From contig NC_043001.1 in the NCBI RefSeq assembly GCF_006345805.1, positions 91,574,001 through 91,638,000 of the forward strand: 64,000 bases of DNA, read 5' to 3'. Origin of the DNA: Octopus sinensis (taxonomy: Eukaryota). Positions 1-12,361 of the stretch are shown one piece after another. Under the pieces are notes generated by a model. The model had not been told where the DNA came from. It was given only the letters and a program-made list of their open reading frames with translations, and did no database searches. The first letter of the stretch is position 1. Each line of letters opens with the position of its first letter. Position numbers and translations under genes: made by a program.

Positions 1-374
1 AGCAGTTCAGTTCATGTTAATAAATACGTGGGTTCCGCACCGAGAGATCATCAGAGATTATAAAGGTTCACGAAGGAGTTCTCGTACCAGTGGTTTCAAA
101 TATTTCCATGACTTCGTCACTGTGTTCCCTATTCTTAAGATATGCAACACCCTTGTTTTACTTCGGCAGTGTAAGTATAATCAGCAGAGGAAAACCTGTC
201 CTACAGCACCCTTCTCGTTAGAAAACCATGTTCTATACAGTTTGCTCGACTTTTAAAGAATTGTTGCCAGAATCTCACCTACCAACTTAAAAAGAAAGGA
301 CCCCTTGGATAATGTTACATTCTAACGGTGACCATCTCGCTTTCCATGCTCCTTTTTCTCTCGTTATATATGTA

Positions 375-626
375 GGCGCAGGCGTGGCTGTGTGGTAAGA
401 ACCACATGATTCTGGGTTCAGTCCCACTGCATGGCACCATGGTCAAGTGTCTTCTACTATAGCCTCGGGCCGACCAAAGTCTTGTAAGTGGATTTGGTAG
501 ACGGAAATTGAAAAGAAGCCCTGTAACTTAGCGGTTTTGCAAAAACAACAACCGATAGGATAAGTACCAGGCTTACTAAGAATAAGTCCTAGGGTCGATT
601 TCTTCGACTAAAAGGCGGTGCTCCAA
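375..626 (+). mobile_element. tRNA-derived SINE, family A, internally deleted copy
   Basis: Head GGCGCAGGCGTGGCTGTGTGGTAAG (A-box-like) and GGGTTCAGTCCC (B-box-like); body GGATTTGGTAGACGGAAA..GAAG and 3' GGCGGTGCTCCA shared with >15 copies in the window. Lacks the internal microsatellite. Confidence 0.85.
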
Positions 627-908
627 CCCGGTTTCCGATTATCCCCACGTGGTGAGTTGTAATGTATATAAGAAATAAAAAAAGGAAAATACGCACACGA
701 AGTCATTCACTCGTGAATTTCATCACACACAACATGGACAAAATTTATTCTTAAGAAAAAATACATATTCAAATAAGTAAAACATGAATAGCGCTAGCGA
801 AACCGGTCGATATATTAAAACTATGTAAGTGTGCGTATTTACGCTCTTCCACAGAAAGGAACACAGAAAGAAACAAGGAGAGAAAATAAAGAATGTGTAG
901 TGGCTAGC

Positions 909-909
<1 letters not shown>

Positions 910-984
<75 letters not shown>

Positions 985-1052
985 AAACACCCACCGCAAT
1001 ACACACATACATACATACATACATACATACATACATACACACCACACACACA

Positions 1053-1103
<51 letters not shown>

Positions 1104-1125
1104 CTTATATACATACATATTACTA
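910..1125. repeat. Compound microsatellite (CT)n-(AT)n-(TACA)n-(CA)n
   Basis: Directly visible; representative of dozens of similar arrays in the window. Confidence 0.95.
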
Positions 1126-1811
1126 CATGCATATACACATGTATTAATAAAAAGCAGGAGGCTCACTACCGGAATACTTTTGATCATACATCCGTTCGAT
1201 CAAAGTTGATCGCAACAACAACAACAACAACAATAAAAACAACATGCATCTGCTCGACCAGGTTTAGCCACACCAATAACAATAACTTCAAAGATTGTTT
1301 TGTCTGGCATTCAGACCGACTGCACGAAGTGCGGTGAAGCAGCTTTAGCTAACCGAAACCTTGGTCGTCTTTGTAAAATATAGAGAAATGCTTACATGAA
1401 TGAATGAATAATTGAATAATGTATGAGAATATAACGATATAGTGAAAGAAAAAAGAAAAATATTAGGAAAGAAACAAAGATTAAAGTTGAGAGCAAACGA
1501 AAGAGGACGCCTTAGAAATATGAATTAATACACAAAAGATAATCATGAAAATATAGTAAAAAAATCTACTGTAATATAATTCGTTGAATCTGTCCCGCGA
1601 AAGTGTAACAGGAGGAATGGAGGCAGAAAAAATAAAAGTAGCTGCAGAGAAGATGAGGAAGGTCAAAGACATAAGTGTGCAAGTTGAGCCTGAAGAAGAT
1701 CAGCGGGTGTAGGTATGAGAGAAGAAGGGATAAGGAAAATAAACTTGATGGTAAGTTAAAAAGACGCAAACGAGGTAGGACAGATGAAACGAAATAAATT
1801 AAAAGAGAAAC

Positions 1812-1975
1812 GGCGCAGGAGTGGCTGTGTGGTAAGTAGCTTGCTCACCAACCACATGGTTCCGGGTTCAGTCCCACTGTGTGGTACTTTCGGCAAGTGT
1901 CTTCTATGTAGCCTCGGGCCGACCATAACCTTCTGAGTGGATTTGGTACGCGGAAACTGAAAGAAGTCCGTTGTA
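1812..1975 (+). mobile_element. SINE family A, 5' half running into microsatellite
   Basis: GGCGCAGGAGTGGCTGTGTGGTAAGTAGC...GGAAACTGAAAGAAGTCCG followed by (CA)/(TA)/(TG) arrays. Confidence 0.85.
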
Positions 1976-2011
1976 TATACACACACACACACAACACACA
2001 CACACACACAC

Positions 2012-2045
<34 letters not shown>

Positions 2046-2304
2046 CATATATATACATATATTTATATGTGTATGTGTGTGTGTGTGTGTGTGTGTTTGT
2101 GTGCGTGTGTGCGCGCGTGTGCGTGAATATATACATATAGAGGCATATATATGCAAACACACACATTCACACACACACAAACACATACATATATCATGTC
2201 CTGCTACATTAGTCACTTATATTTTTATAAAATCTATAATTATTATAAACCCGGAGGTTAGTGATAAAACTAACGAAAAACGCTTCGAGTCCAATTTAAG
2301 ATAC

Positions 2305-2540
2305 CTATTTCTTTACTACCCTCAAGGGGCTAAACACAGAGAGGACAAACAAAGACAGACAGACGGATTAAGTCGCTTATATCGACCCCAATGCGTAACT
2401 GGTACTTATTTAATCGACCCCGAGAGAATGAAAGGCAAAGTCGACCTCGGCGGAATTTGAACTCAGAATGTAACGGCAGACGAAATACGGCTACGCATTT
2501 TGCCCGGCGTACTAATGTTTCTGCCAGCTCGCCGCCTTTT
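2305..2540 (-). mobile_element. tRNA-derived SINE, family B, with LINE-like tail
   Basis: Reverse complement of GGCGAGCTGGCAGAAAC..GAGTTCAAATTCCGCCGAGGTCGAC...TTTAGCCCCTTGAGGGTAGTAAAGAAATAG. Confidence 0.85.
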
Positions 2541-2769
2541 AAGATACCTTGCCAATTTAAGGTACCTTGTTAGTGATATCATTCACATATGATACAAAAT
2601 AACCAATCTGTGAGAAGTCAACTGAGCAGGGCTTCCCATGAATATGAATATCTTTCATGTGTTAACCGCCTTCACTTTTGACGGTGCAGGCTCAACAATG
2701 ATTCAATAAAATAATGCTTGAAATCTTCAATAATTAGATTAAAAATATCTTATGAGTTAACTTCAATAA

Positions 2770-2990
2770 AATCTTAGTTTTAAATTTTGGCAGAAGGCCA
2801 GCAATTTCGGGTGAGGGGTTAAGTTGAGTATATCAACCCTTGTGCCAATTGGTACTTAATTTATCGACAGCAAAATGATAAAAGGTGAAGGGGAGCTGGG
2901 CGGAATTTGAACTTTGATTGTAAAGACGGACGAAATACCACTAACATTTTGCCTAGTATGTTAACTATTCTACTGGCTCGCCACTTTTAG
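2770..2990 (-). mobile_element. SINE family B, older diverged copy
   Basis: GGCGGAATTTGAAC, GGTACTTAATTTATCGAC and GCTCGCC motifs in reverse orientation. Confidence 0.7.
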
Positions 2991-3349
2991 TCCTAAGTAA
3001 AATTGTAACAATTTATATATATAAAACCTTTTCCTTATACTTAATTCTATTTGACTTCAATCATTTAAATTTAAATTACTTCAATATAAAAAATTCTTAT
3101 TATACAAGTCTATATCAAATATATGGAATGTATGTATGCTATGTCGATGCATTTATTAAATACCATTTTCAGCTTATATCTTTTAAAATGGTATCATGTT
3201 TGACAGTACGAGTATACTTGTACATAAATAATATCAAACTTACACATATTCCATAAATATAGATCAGGAAAAAATATATTGGGGATGTGTCAATCTTGTT
3301 TCTTTCAACAAACTGAAAATATAAATGCTTCTTATATATATATATATTA

Positions 3350-3402
<53 letters not shown>

Positions 3403-3939
3403 CGCACTTTATCCCCTAGTGTTTACGCTTGTTGGGTTTCAATTTTACATAGAAACTCTCATGGCAAAACTACATCCTTAGTATAGCTAGGACAGTATTC
3501 CAACGACTGGCCATTTTTTTTTCTGGGCTAAAAGATACTTTAGCTCTCAACGATATTTGGCACTCTGAACTGGAACTCCGCCGGTTACGACGACGAGGGT
3601 TCCAGTTGATCCAATCAACGGAACAGCCTGCGCGTGAAATTAACGTGCAAGTGGCTGAGCACTCCACAGACACGCCTACACTTGACGTTGTTCTCAGGGA
3701 GATTCAGCGTGATACAGAATGTGACAAGGCTGGTCCTTTGAATTACAGGCATAGCCGACAGAACATAGGTGGAGTAGATCAAATAGCTGTGTTTGAAAGG
3801 GTAACGTGTGAGTTTTTGTCTTTGAAGTAACAGAAGCCGAATATTAAGGTATGTCGTATGTAACAGAGTACAATAAGTAATATGTATTAAGAAACAACAA
3901 TGGGGGAGAGGGAATATCTGGGCTGTTGCTTGGGCCGCG

Positions 3940-4150
3940 AGCTGGCAGAATCGTTACCGCGCCGGGAAAATCCTTAGCGACATTTCGTTAGTCTTAACGT
4001 TCTGATTTCAAATCCCGCCGGGGACGACTTTGTCTTTTATCTTTTCGGGGTCGATAAATCAAATACCAGTTGAGCACTGGGGTCGATGTAATCGACTTAA
4101 CCCCCTTCCATAAACTTGGTGGCTTTGTGTCAAAATTTGAAACCAAAATA
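3940..4150 (+). mobile_element. SINE family B, older tail type
   Basis: GAGCTGGCAGAATCGTTA...TTCAAATCCCGCC...CACTGGGGTCGATGTAATCGAC...CAAAATTTGAAACCA. Confidence 0.75.
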
Positions 4151-4324
4151 TAGGCTGCATTTTGCATACAGACTTACGCATGCACATACACACATTACAT
4201 TATATTATGCCTGTAGATAGAGATAAATAAGTATATACATAAATTGTATATATGTGTGTGTGTGTGCATGTAGGAATGTGTATATGTATGTGTGTGTATG
4301 TGTGGGAGTGTGTGTATGTATGTA

Positions 4325-4467
4325 TAGAGATAGATAGTGTGATAGGTAAGCAGATAGTTATGTAGATACAGAGATAGATAGGTAGATAGATAGACAGACA
4401 TATAGATAGATTGATAGATAAATAAAAAGACAGATAGATAGGTAGAAAGATAGATAGATAGGTAGAT

Positions 4468-4510
<43 letters not shown>

Positions 4511-4570
4511 TAGATAGATAGAGATAGATAGATTGATAGATAGACAGAAAGACACATAGATAGATAGATC

Positions 4571-4667
<97 letters not shown>
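4325..4667. repeat. (GATA)n/(GACA)n array
   Basis: Directly visible tetranucleotide array. Confidence 0.95.
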
Positions 4668-4668
<1 letters not shown>

Positions 4669-5327
4669 GAGTGCAACTCTATTTTGAGGAATGTCACCAC
4701 TTGCAGGAGCAAAGCGGATGTGGGTCTTCAGTCCTTCTACGGACCTTTACTGCACAGATGTGACAACAATGAGCGCCTTTTAAAGCATGTGTTCAGAGAA
4801 AACACCATCCACGTTGATACGTACCTTCATTCCGTTATTCAATTTTTCGTGGATTGTTTTGCTTTTTCGGCTACGGTCAGACATAGTGTGCAATACATAA
4901 TAGAGATATTAACAGAAATCTTAAAAATTAAGCGATGGTCATGAGGAAAGGCTTTGCTCGCGGCTAATCACATTCCCCATATAACGTCCGCATTTTCCTC
5001 TGCCCATCCATAAAAAGAACGCACCAGTATCATTGTATGCAAACAAAATCACGTGCTACATCAGAGTTTCTGTTCTAAAGATATGTCTAATCAAAGACTA
5101 GGGTGCCCTCCCTCTCAGCTGTTGAATGGCCGTTGACTCTACCGAGTTCATCAAGCATTTAACAAAGTTCCTTTCCTTTTTCGACCTACAAGATATCTCT
5201 TAAAAACCACCCGCTCTTCTAAGCAGGCTCGGTAAGGTTGTCTACGGCCCGACTGTGTGACAGGCTGCACGGTTTTATTTGTTACCAGTAGCTCTAAAAA
5301 TGACCAAACTGACATGCGCATACATTC

Positions 5328-5328
<1 letters not shown>

Positions 5329-5405
<77 letters not shown>

Positions 5406-5428
5406 ATATCTATCTATCTATCTATCTA

Positions 5429-5523
<95 letters not shown>
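5329..5523. repeat. (TATC)n/(TGTC)n array
   Basis: Directly visible tetranucleotide array. Confidence 0.95.
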
Positions 5524-5524
<1 letters not shown>

Positions 5525-5739
5525 AACACAAACATACATCAAATACTAAAAATACGCTTGCATACACGAATAACTTTGCAGATGTTCCCTTATAAAATTT
5601 TTAAAATGTAGAAATCACTTTATAGCTATCCTTCCATGGGCGCGATGTAGTCGGAACTTTAAAAAGAAGAATAAGCCCTTCTGTATATGAATGTATATCC
5701 GTACGTGCGTACGCATGTATGCACTCACTTATGTATATG

Positions 5740-6590
5740 TGGGCTGAAGCGAACAACATGCAGTTTGATGCTGGAAAATTTCAAGCACTACAGTATTAAC
5801 TTACGAATGCACTATAGCCTGCATATACAGGACTTGAAGGCACTGCAATTTCAGAGTCACAGCCAGGGAAAGACTTGGGGATCAGTATGTGCAATGATGC
5901 ATCATTTTTATATGCATATTACCTGATGACAGCAAAGTGCAGACAACAGACAGGATGGATTCTGAGGTCCTTCAAGACAAGAGATCGAGAAACAATGTTG
6001 ACCCTGTGGAAAACTTTTGTTCTCAGCTGCCTGGACTACTGCTCCAAGTTATGGTCACCACATAGCGCCAAACTAACAGCGGAGCTTAAAGTAGTCCAAC
6101 GCCAGCACACTAAAAAGATTGAAACAGTTCAGCGGATGAGCTACAGGGAAAGGCTGAGAAAACTGCAACTTTACTTCCTGGAGCGAAGGCATGACAGATA
6201 TGTAATAATATACATATGGAAATCCTAGAAGGGCTAGTACCTAATTTCAGAATTGAGTGTTATGCAAATGCCAGAACTGGCCGCCATTGTATTGTACCAA
6301 AGGTACCATCCACTCCATCTAAATTCAGGACCAGGGTTCAAAGGACCACAGCTCTTCAATTCCTTGCCACAAAAATTAAGAAATCTATGTAATGTGGAAG
6401 TAGATGTCTTCAAAAAGGAACTAGACACTCTTCTCTCCACAATACCGGATTAACCAACAGCCCGAAATGAAATGCAGACGAGGGTAGCGGAATCAAACTC
6501 CTTTATACACCAAATGGACCAACAGGCGGAACAAAGGTGCATGCAGGAGTGGTGATGTAAAACGCCCCAGACTGGGGAAATCGGAAAGAT
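5740..6590 (+). mobile_element. CR1/L2-group LINE, degenerate 3' fragment (RT C-terminus)
   Basis: Frameshifted peptide WAEANNMQFDAGKFQAL...KDLGI...GWILRSFKTRDRETMLTLWKTFVLSCLDYCSKLWSP...VQRQHTKKI...MSYRERLRKLQLYFLERRHDRYVIIYIWK matches the post-RT region typical of CR1-type ORF2. Confidence 0.8.
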
Positions 6591-6713
6591 CACGGAGGTG
6601 CTCCAGCATGCCCGCAGTCGCATGGCTGAAACGAGTAAAAGAGTATATGTGTGTGTGTGTGTTTTGTGTGTGTGCGTGTGCGTGTGTGTGTGTGTGGATA
6701 CATACATATATAT

Positions 6714-6788
<75 letters not shown>

Positions 6789-6918
6789 GAATGTATACAT
6801 ATATTTATATATGTATACTGTATATATATAGAGAAGGTAAATAGAGATATTACAATGCTTCAAGCGAACTACAACGCTCTTATACATACATACATACATA
6901 CATACATACATACATACA

Positions 6919-6952
<34 letters not shown>

Positions 6953-6970
6953 CATACATACATACATACA

Positions 6971-7004
<34 letters not shown>

Positions 7005-7056
7005 CAAACATACATACATACATACATACATACATACATACATACATACATACGAA

Positions 7057-7420
7057 CGGAAAGTTCGTACCGATTTTTAAAGGAAAGAAAAAGGTCAATA
7101 AGTACTTGCCCTTACCCAAGCTTTACCAGGTGCTCATGAACGACGGATTTTGATAGGTTGAGGCTTTCTGCCAATTCTCGGGTTGTGCAATGTGGGTTAT
7201 TATCAATTAATGACTTGATTTGGTCATCATCTGTAGTGGATGGTCTGCCTGATCCCTCTTTATCAATAAGGCTACAATCTCCAGCTCGGAACCTTGCGAA
7301 CCACTTCCGTACAGTTCTTTCCGATAAAGAATCATCACCGTAAACTGCGCATATTTCTTTGGTTGTTTGTGAGGCATTTTTCACTTTACGGAAAAAGAAA
7401 ATCAAGTGCCGAAAATGAAC
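7057..7420 (-). mobile_element. mariner derivative retaining the N-terminal HTH region joined to the 3' end
   Basis: FRHLIFFFRKVKNASQTTKEICAVYGDDSLSERTVRKWFARFRAGDCSLIDKEGSGRPS...[24 protein letters not shown]; terminal sequence GAAAGTTCGTACCGATTT shared with the 12362-13066 copy. Confidence 0.85.
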
Positions 7421-7856
7421 ACAGACACAGACACGCACACAGACACATATATAGTTACATGTATATATATAGAGATATGAACGTACATACATACACGCAC
7501 ATCCATATACACACAAACATACATATGCACACACATGCTCACATACACACACACGCATACAAGCAAACCGTAGCGATTTCTCAGTGATACAGAACCGCAA
7601 GCAAAGTTTATCCTTCATTAGTATATTGATAATATATTGAAGTTATCTTTAAACAGTTAGAGCTTCAAGTGGTCAGAGTGGGTGGCTATTAATTATGGGC
7701 ATTTCACACGGACAATCACCACCTACAAAATTACGGTTTGACTTGTTACGACAGTAACATTATTTCGCAACAGACACCTATTAATGTCCGACACACTTCT
7801 TTACACTAGGCTTGCTCTTACTCACAACCTTACTCATTTCCTATTCAAATGACCCT

Positions 7857-8135
7857 TCTTCTTCTTCTTCTTCTCCTCCTCCTCCCCTCCTCTTCTTCTT
7901 CTTCTTCTTCTTCTTCTTCTCCTCCTCTTCTTCTCCTTCTTCTTCTTCTTCTTCTTCTTCTTCTTCTTCTCCTCCTCTTCTTCTCCTTCTTCTTCTTCTT
8001 CTTCTTCTTCTTCTTCTTCTTCTTCTTGTCCTCCTCCTCCCCCTCCCCTCCTTGCCTTGTGCTTATAGTAGAAAGATTATCACCATCATCATCATCATCA
8101 TCATCATCACCATCATCATCACCATCATCATCATC

Positions 8136-8167
<32 letters not shown>

Positions 8168-8344
8168 TAACTCTGGAGATGTACTACGGTGTCAGCTGTT
8201 CACTACCAGTGAACTAAGGAAACACCTCTTATTTTTCGAGCACCTTCCTGAGTATTCGAACGGTTCCAAGCAGTGCTGTTTCTGCAAGTGCTCCACCCTT
8301 ATTGCAGCCCCCATTTGTTCCACGTACTATTATTATTATTATTA

Positions 8345-8392
<48 letters not shown>
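7857..8392. repeat. Trinucleotide arrays (TTC/CTC)n, (CAT)n, (TAT)n
   Basis: Directly visible; explains the 238-aa and 122-aa low-complexity ORFs. Confidence 0.9.
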
Positions 8393-8393
<1 letters not shown>

Positions 8394-8398
8394 GAAAG

Positions 8399-8940
8399 AA
8401 GCGAGCTGGCAGAAACGTCAGCACGCCGGGCGAAATGCTTAGCGGTATTTCGTCTGCCGTTACGTTCTGAGTTCAAATTCCGCCGAGGTCGACTTTGCCT
8501 TTTCATCCTTTCGGGGTCAATAAATTAAGTACCATTTACGCACTGGGGTCGATGTAATCGACTTAATCCGTTTGTCTGTCCTTGTTTGTCTCCTCTATGT
8601 TTAGCTCCTTGTGGGTAATAAAGAAATAGGTATTTCGTCTGCCGAAGGCGATCGGGGTCGATAGATTAAGTACCAGTTACGCACTGGGGTCGATATAATC
8701 AACTTAATCCATTTGTCTGTCCTTGTTTGTCCTCTCTGTGTTTAGCCCCTTGTGGGTTGTAAAGAAATAGGTATTTCGTCTGTCCTTACGTTTTGAGTTC
8801 AAATTCCGCCGAGGTCGACTTTGTCTTTCATCCCCTCGGGATCCATAAATTAAATACTATCCACCTGCTGGGGTCAATGTAATCGAATATTTCTTTTCTC
8901 TATAAATTCCAGGCCTTGTCCATATAGTAGAAAGGATTAT
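8399..8940 (+). mobile_element. Composite of three nested/tandem SINE family B units
   Basis: Head, then two units ending TGTGGG(TAA/TTG)TAAAGAAATAG, each followed by GTATTTCGTCTG; the final unit has the older tail CCAGGCCTTGTCCATATAGTAGAAAGGATTAT. Confidence 0.85.
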
Positions 8941-9280
8941 AATTCGCTCTCGACCTGTTAAAACTCTTTTCATAGTACCCCTCAATATCTTTGCGAATTT
9001 AGATATTTATCATTACCAAAGTGGATACATAGTTTTCTTTCATATGGTTTGACATAACACAGGGTAAAGTGAACAAGTTTAGAGTTTAATATGACCAAAA
9101 TGAAAGAAGGAAGTAGGCTACTTTTCAATATTTTGCTTTTCCCTCCAGAGATTTGCAAATTATGACGTCTACATCAACAACAAGAACAAAATAATACGTA
9201 CAGAGCAATAAAATGCTGTAAAATCTCTTACTTGTTTCAGTCATTCAACTTAGCCATACAGGAGCACCACCTTGAAAGAC

Positions 9281-9288
9281 AAAAAAAA
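9281..9288 (-). terminator. RNA polymerase III terminator (T8) of the tRNA-Gln gene
   Basis: A8 on the + strand is T8 on the - strand, 10 nt downstream of the tRNA 3' end. Confidence 0.8.
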
Positions 9289-9298
9289 GGTAAGTTGC

Positions 9299-9370
9299 AG
9301 GTCTCACCGAGATTTGAACTCGGATCACTGGATTCAAAGTCCAGAGTGCTAACCATTACACCATGAGACC
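9299..9370 (-). tRNA. trnQ-UUG: tRNA-Gln (anticodon UUG), intact, 72 nt
   Basis: GGTCTCATGGTGTAATGGTTAGCACTCTGGACTTTGAATCCAGTGATCCGAGTTCAAATCTCGGTGAGACCT: 7-bp acceptor stem GGTCTCA/TGAGACC, D-stem GTG/CAC, anticodon stem CTGGA/TCCAG around CT-TTG-AA, T-stem CCGAG/CTCGG with TTCAAAT loop; downstream T8; AT-rich TTTATA at about -30. Confidence 0.96.
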
Positions 9371-9520
9371 AGCTGACACGTTTCCACTCCTAGCAACCAT
9401 ATAAATGAAAATTAAAAAAAAAACCAACTATTTCTTTGTTAGCTGTTAAACATTGAAAAGATATTGATGTAATGGAATTTAAAGAATAGTGAATTTATTA
9501 CCTACTAGCAGCGATACTTA

Positions 9521-10164
9521 GGATCTTTTCCTTTTGAACGACAGACAATTTCTAGTTAACTAAACACTTTAAAACTTCGTATACTGGTAGAATGTGTCAA
9601 AATAAAACATTTTTTTTCTCTTGGCTTTCTTGAGAAAATTGTAATTTGTTTGTTTAACGTTGTTTAAGTTTTCGAATTTTAACCAATCTTATGCTCTCTT
9701 TTGAGCTAAAATCATTTGCTGCGTCTAAAACTGAGACAACATCCTGTAACTAACCCTAAACCTCCCCCCTAACCCTAACCCTAATCCTAATTTTTTTTCT
9801 TAATTGTTAAATTAATTTAATTGTTACGCGTGTAAAAAAACTAAAGCAATGGAATTAAATTAATTTAACAATTAAGAAAAAAAAATTAGGGTTAGGGTTA
9901 GGGGGGAGGTTTAGGGTTAGTTACAGAATGTTGTCTCAGTTTTAGACGCAGCAAATGATTTTAGTTGAATGGAGGTAATCGATTGGTTAAACTTGCCGAA
10001 ATGCTCGGATTTTCAGACGAAATATCTTACAAACTATAGAATTTTCTCAATAAAACCAAGAGAAAATGATGTTTTATAAACACATTCTACCAGTATACGA
10101 AGTTTAAAAGTGTTTAGTTTACTAGAAATTGTGTTGACATCTGCCGTTCAAAAGGAAAAGATCC
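9521..10164. mobile_element. Foldback MITE (644 bp), Merlin-like, with internal telomere-type repeats
   Basis: TIR GGATCTTTTCCTTTTGAACG / CGTTCAAAAGGAAAAGATCC; arms of ~300 bp inverted across most of their length; 8-bp flanking duplication GATACTTA/GATACTTG. GG..CC ends with an 8-bp TSD fit the Merlin superfamily (inference). Confidence 0.8.
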
Positions 10165-12361
10165 GATACTTGTAACACACAAAAATTTTATATGAGGGAT
10201 TTCGAACAAATGAAATAAGAATAGCAAAGTTGCGTAGCCAAAGAATACACTCTAACTTTAAACGGAAGGGCACAATACATTCTTTGAAGCAACGAAACTG
10301 TTGTAATAAGTTGCGCTGGCCGACATTGGGAGAATGTTACTTCAATTGACCCAAGTTAGTGTTCGGATCTATTTGTGTACTTTCCGGGGTTGACGACGAA
10401 TTAAGCAAAGAAGCCTATCAGGTGAGATAAACAATTGCTCATATAATTCTTGGCGCACAGAAATACAAGGACCAAGGCTAAGGGTGTTTAATAACGACGT
10501 TAGCTTTTGGTTTGTATTCACCTTCTTAACATATCAGGGCCGATAGGGAGAGCTAAGTTGAAGAAGAATGATTCGATGCTGGGCAGGATCTCAAGGATCA
10601 TACAAGTCTTTATGAATCCAGAACAATACAAGCTCATATCAGAACTATTTCTAGTCGTTGATGCGGAAAGAGAGACGATGAAACGTGTAGTGCAGGACAG
10701 GAAACTGAGTTGCAACACATATAATAGCAAAAGCCACTTGAAGGTTCCCAGCCCACCGAAACAGTAAACACAAGAGGACAGAGAAGTATAGAGAATTTAC
10801 TGTGGATTAGACTTCTCTATGGGCCAGAAGTTGACCGAAAGGGTAATTGACCGTTTACTCTAACCCAGGCCAGCGGTGACAGAGAGTCGGATATGGAGAA
10901 GGAGAGCTGTCTACGGCAGCAACAAGCAGTACCGATTGAAGTTCTACGCGGGGCGGAGAATCTGTCTTGTACTTGGTTACAAAAACCGACGAGCGCGAGC
11001 ACTACTCTCCCCAACAAACCAATAGCACCCACTCCTTTTCTTGTGCAGATAGGGAGTTGATGGAGGCTAGAGAGGAAGGGATTATTACTGGACTTTGGCC
11101 CTAGGATATGCAAAACAAAACAAACCGACAAAAACTGCATATAATTGTTAGTCGTTCGATGTACGAACCAGTATCGCTTTGACCGCGAGATAAAAGAGAT
11201 GACTATTTACTTTATGGTACAAAAGAAATACGGCCAGAATATAGGAAAGATAGACATTTGTTAAAGATGTCAATAGAAGTTTATCACATGCTGAAGCAGG
11301 AATACTCAAGGCGTGGTATATTTTTTGTTTCGTCCCACACGCAACAAAATGTTAACGGGTACTTTCGGGTGCACCTTTTTCAGTACAACCAGTGACAAAC
11401 AGCTTAGAGACGTAGGTGCTCTCACTCAGTCTAAGCAGTAGGTTCTCACCCGCACGTGCGTGCGTGCGTGGGCAACCCCCAAAATTTTCATACGGTTATT
11501 TTAAAAATAATATCTTGTCTTAGTTGTGCATTTTCTTGAAAGTTATTTATATATATATATATTATATGTCCTTAGTTTCAGGCAAATATTTTAAGTGCCT
11601 TCTTTGTATAACATCCCTGAGTCACACTCTCTGCTTTTGTATTGCTTTGTCTCATTCATCCCCACATGTCATAGTAAGCACTTTAAGCCTTTAACGTTTC
11701 CTATCTGTGAGTAAAAATGATGTATGTGAAGAAGCTAAAAATAAGGAACAATTGGACGGTGTATTGATTAGTTCGTTAAGAGCGTCGGTCATAATGATTT
11801 GGGGTATGTCCTCTGACACCTTATGTTCTGGGTTCGAACCCTGCCGCAGTGACCATTAATCTCTTCAGGATCGGAGTCGATAAAATAAAGGACCAGTCAA
11901 GTACTTGGATTGACAATATCAACTAATCTGCTCTCCTCGAAAATGCTGACCTTCTGCCTAAAGTAGAAATTATTTCAGCTCTTTGAGTTCTGAATTCAAA
12001 TCTGGCTGGTGTCAACTTAAACTTTCATTTCTCCGTGTTTGATAAAATAATGTACCAGTCAAGTACTACGGTCGATGGTATCGACTAAATCCCTTCCATC
12101 AAAACTGCTGGTATTTTGCCTAAATCAGAAAAAAACCCCCAAATAACAATAAAGGTGATGTGCTGTTAGAATCGTTAGAGCATCAGAAGAAATATATTGC
12201 AGTATTTTTTTTCGGTTCTTTATGTTCAGCGTGCAAATGTTGCCGTGGTCATCTTTGTCTTTCATCCCTCTAGGGTCGACAAAATAAAATACCAATCAAG
12301 TATTGGGATCGTTTGTATCGGCTGCTTTCAAAACTACTATTTCTACCTAAATCAGAAACTA

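Noticed and set aside
4690-5250. Possible Gypsy integrase remnant on the minus strand (VNG..AER, VILFAYN)
   Set aside because: The motifs are too short and scattered over frames with stops; cannot be supported without an HMM search.
5236-5256. GTCTACGGCC resembling the 5' end of 5S rRNA
   Set aside because: The match stops after 10 nt; no internal control region follows.
10507-11140. ORFs of 70-107 aa in non-repetitive sequence
   Set aside because: No recognisable domain or splice structure; may be an old TE remnant.
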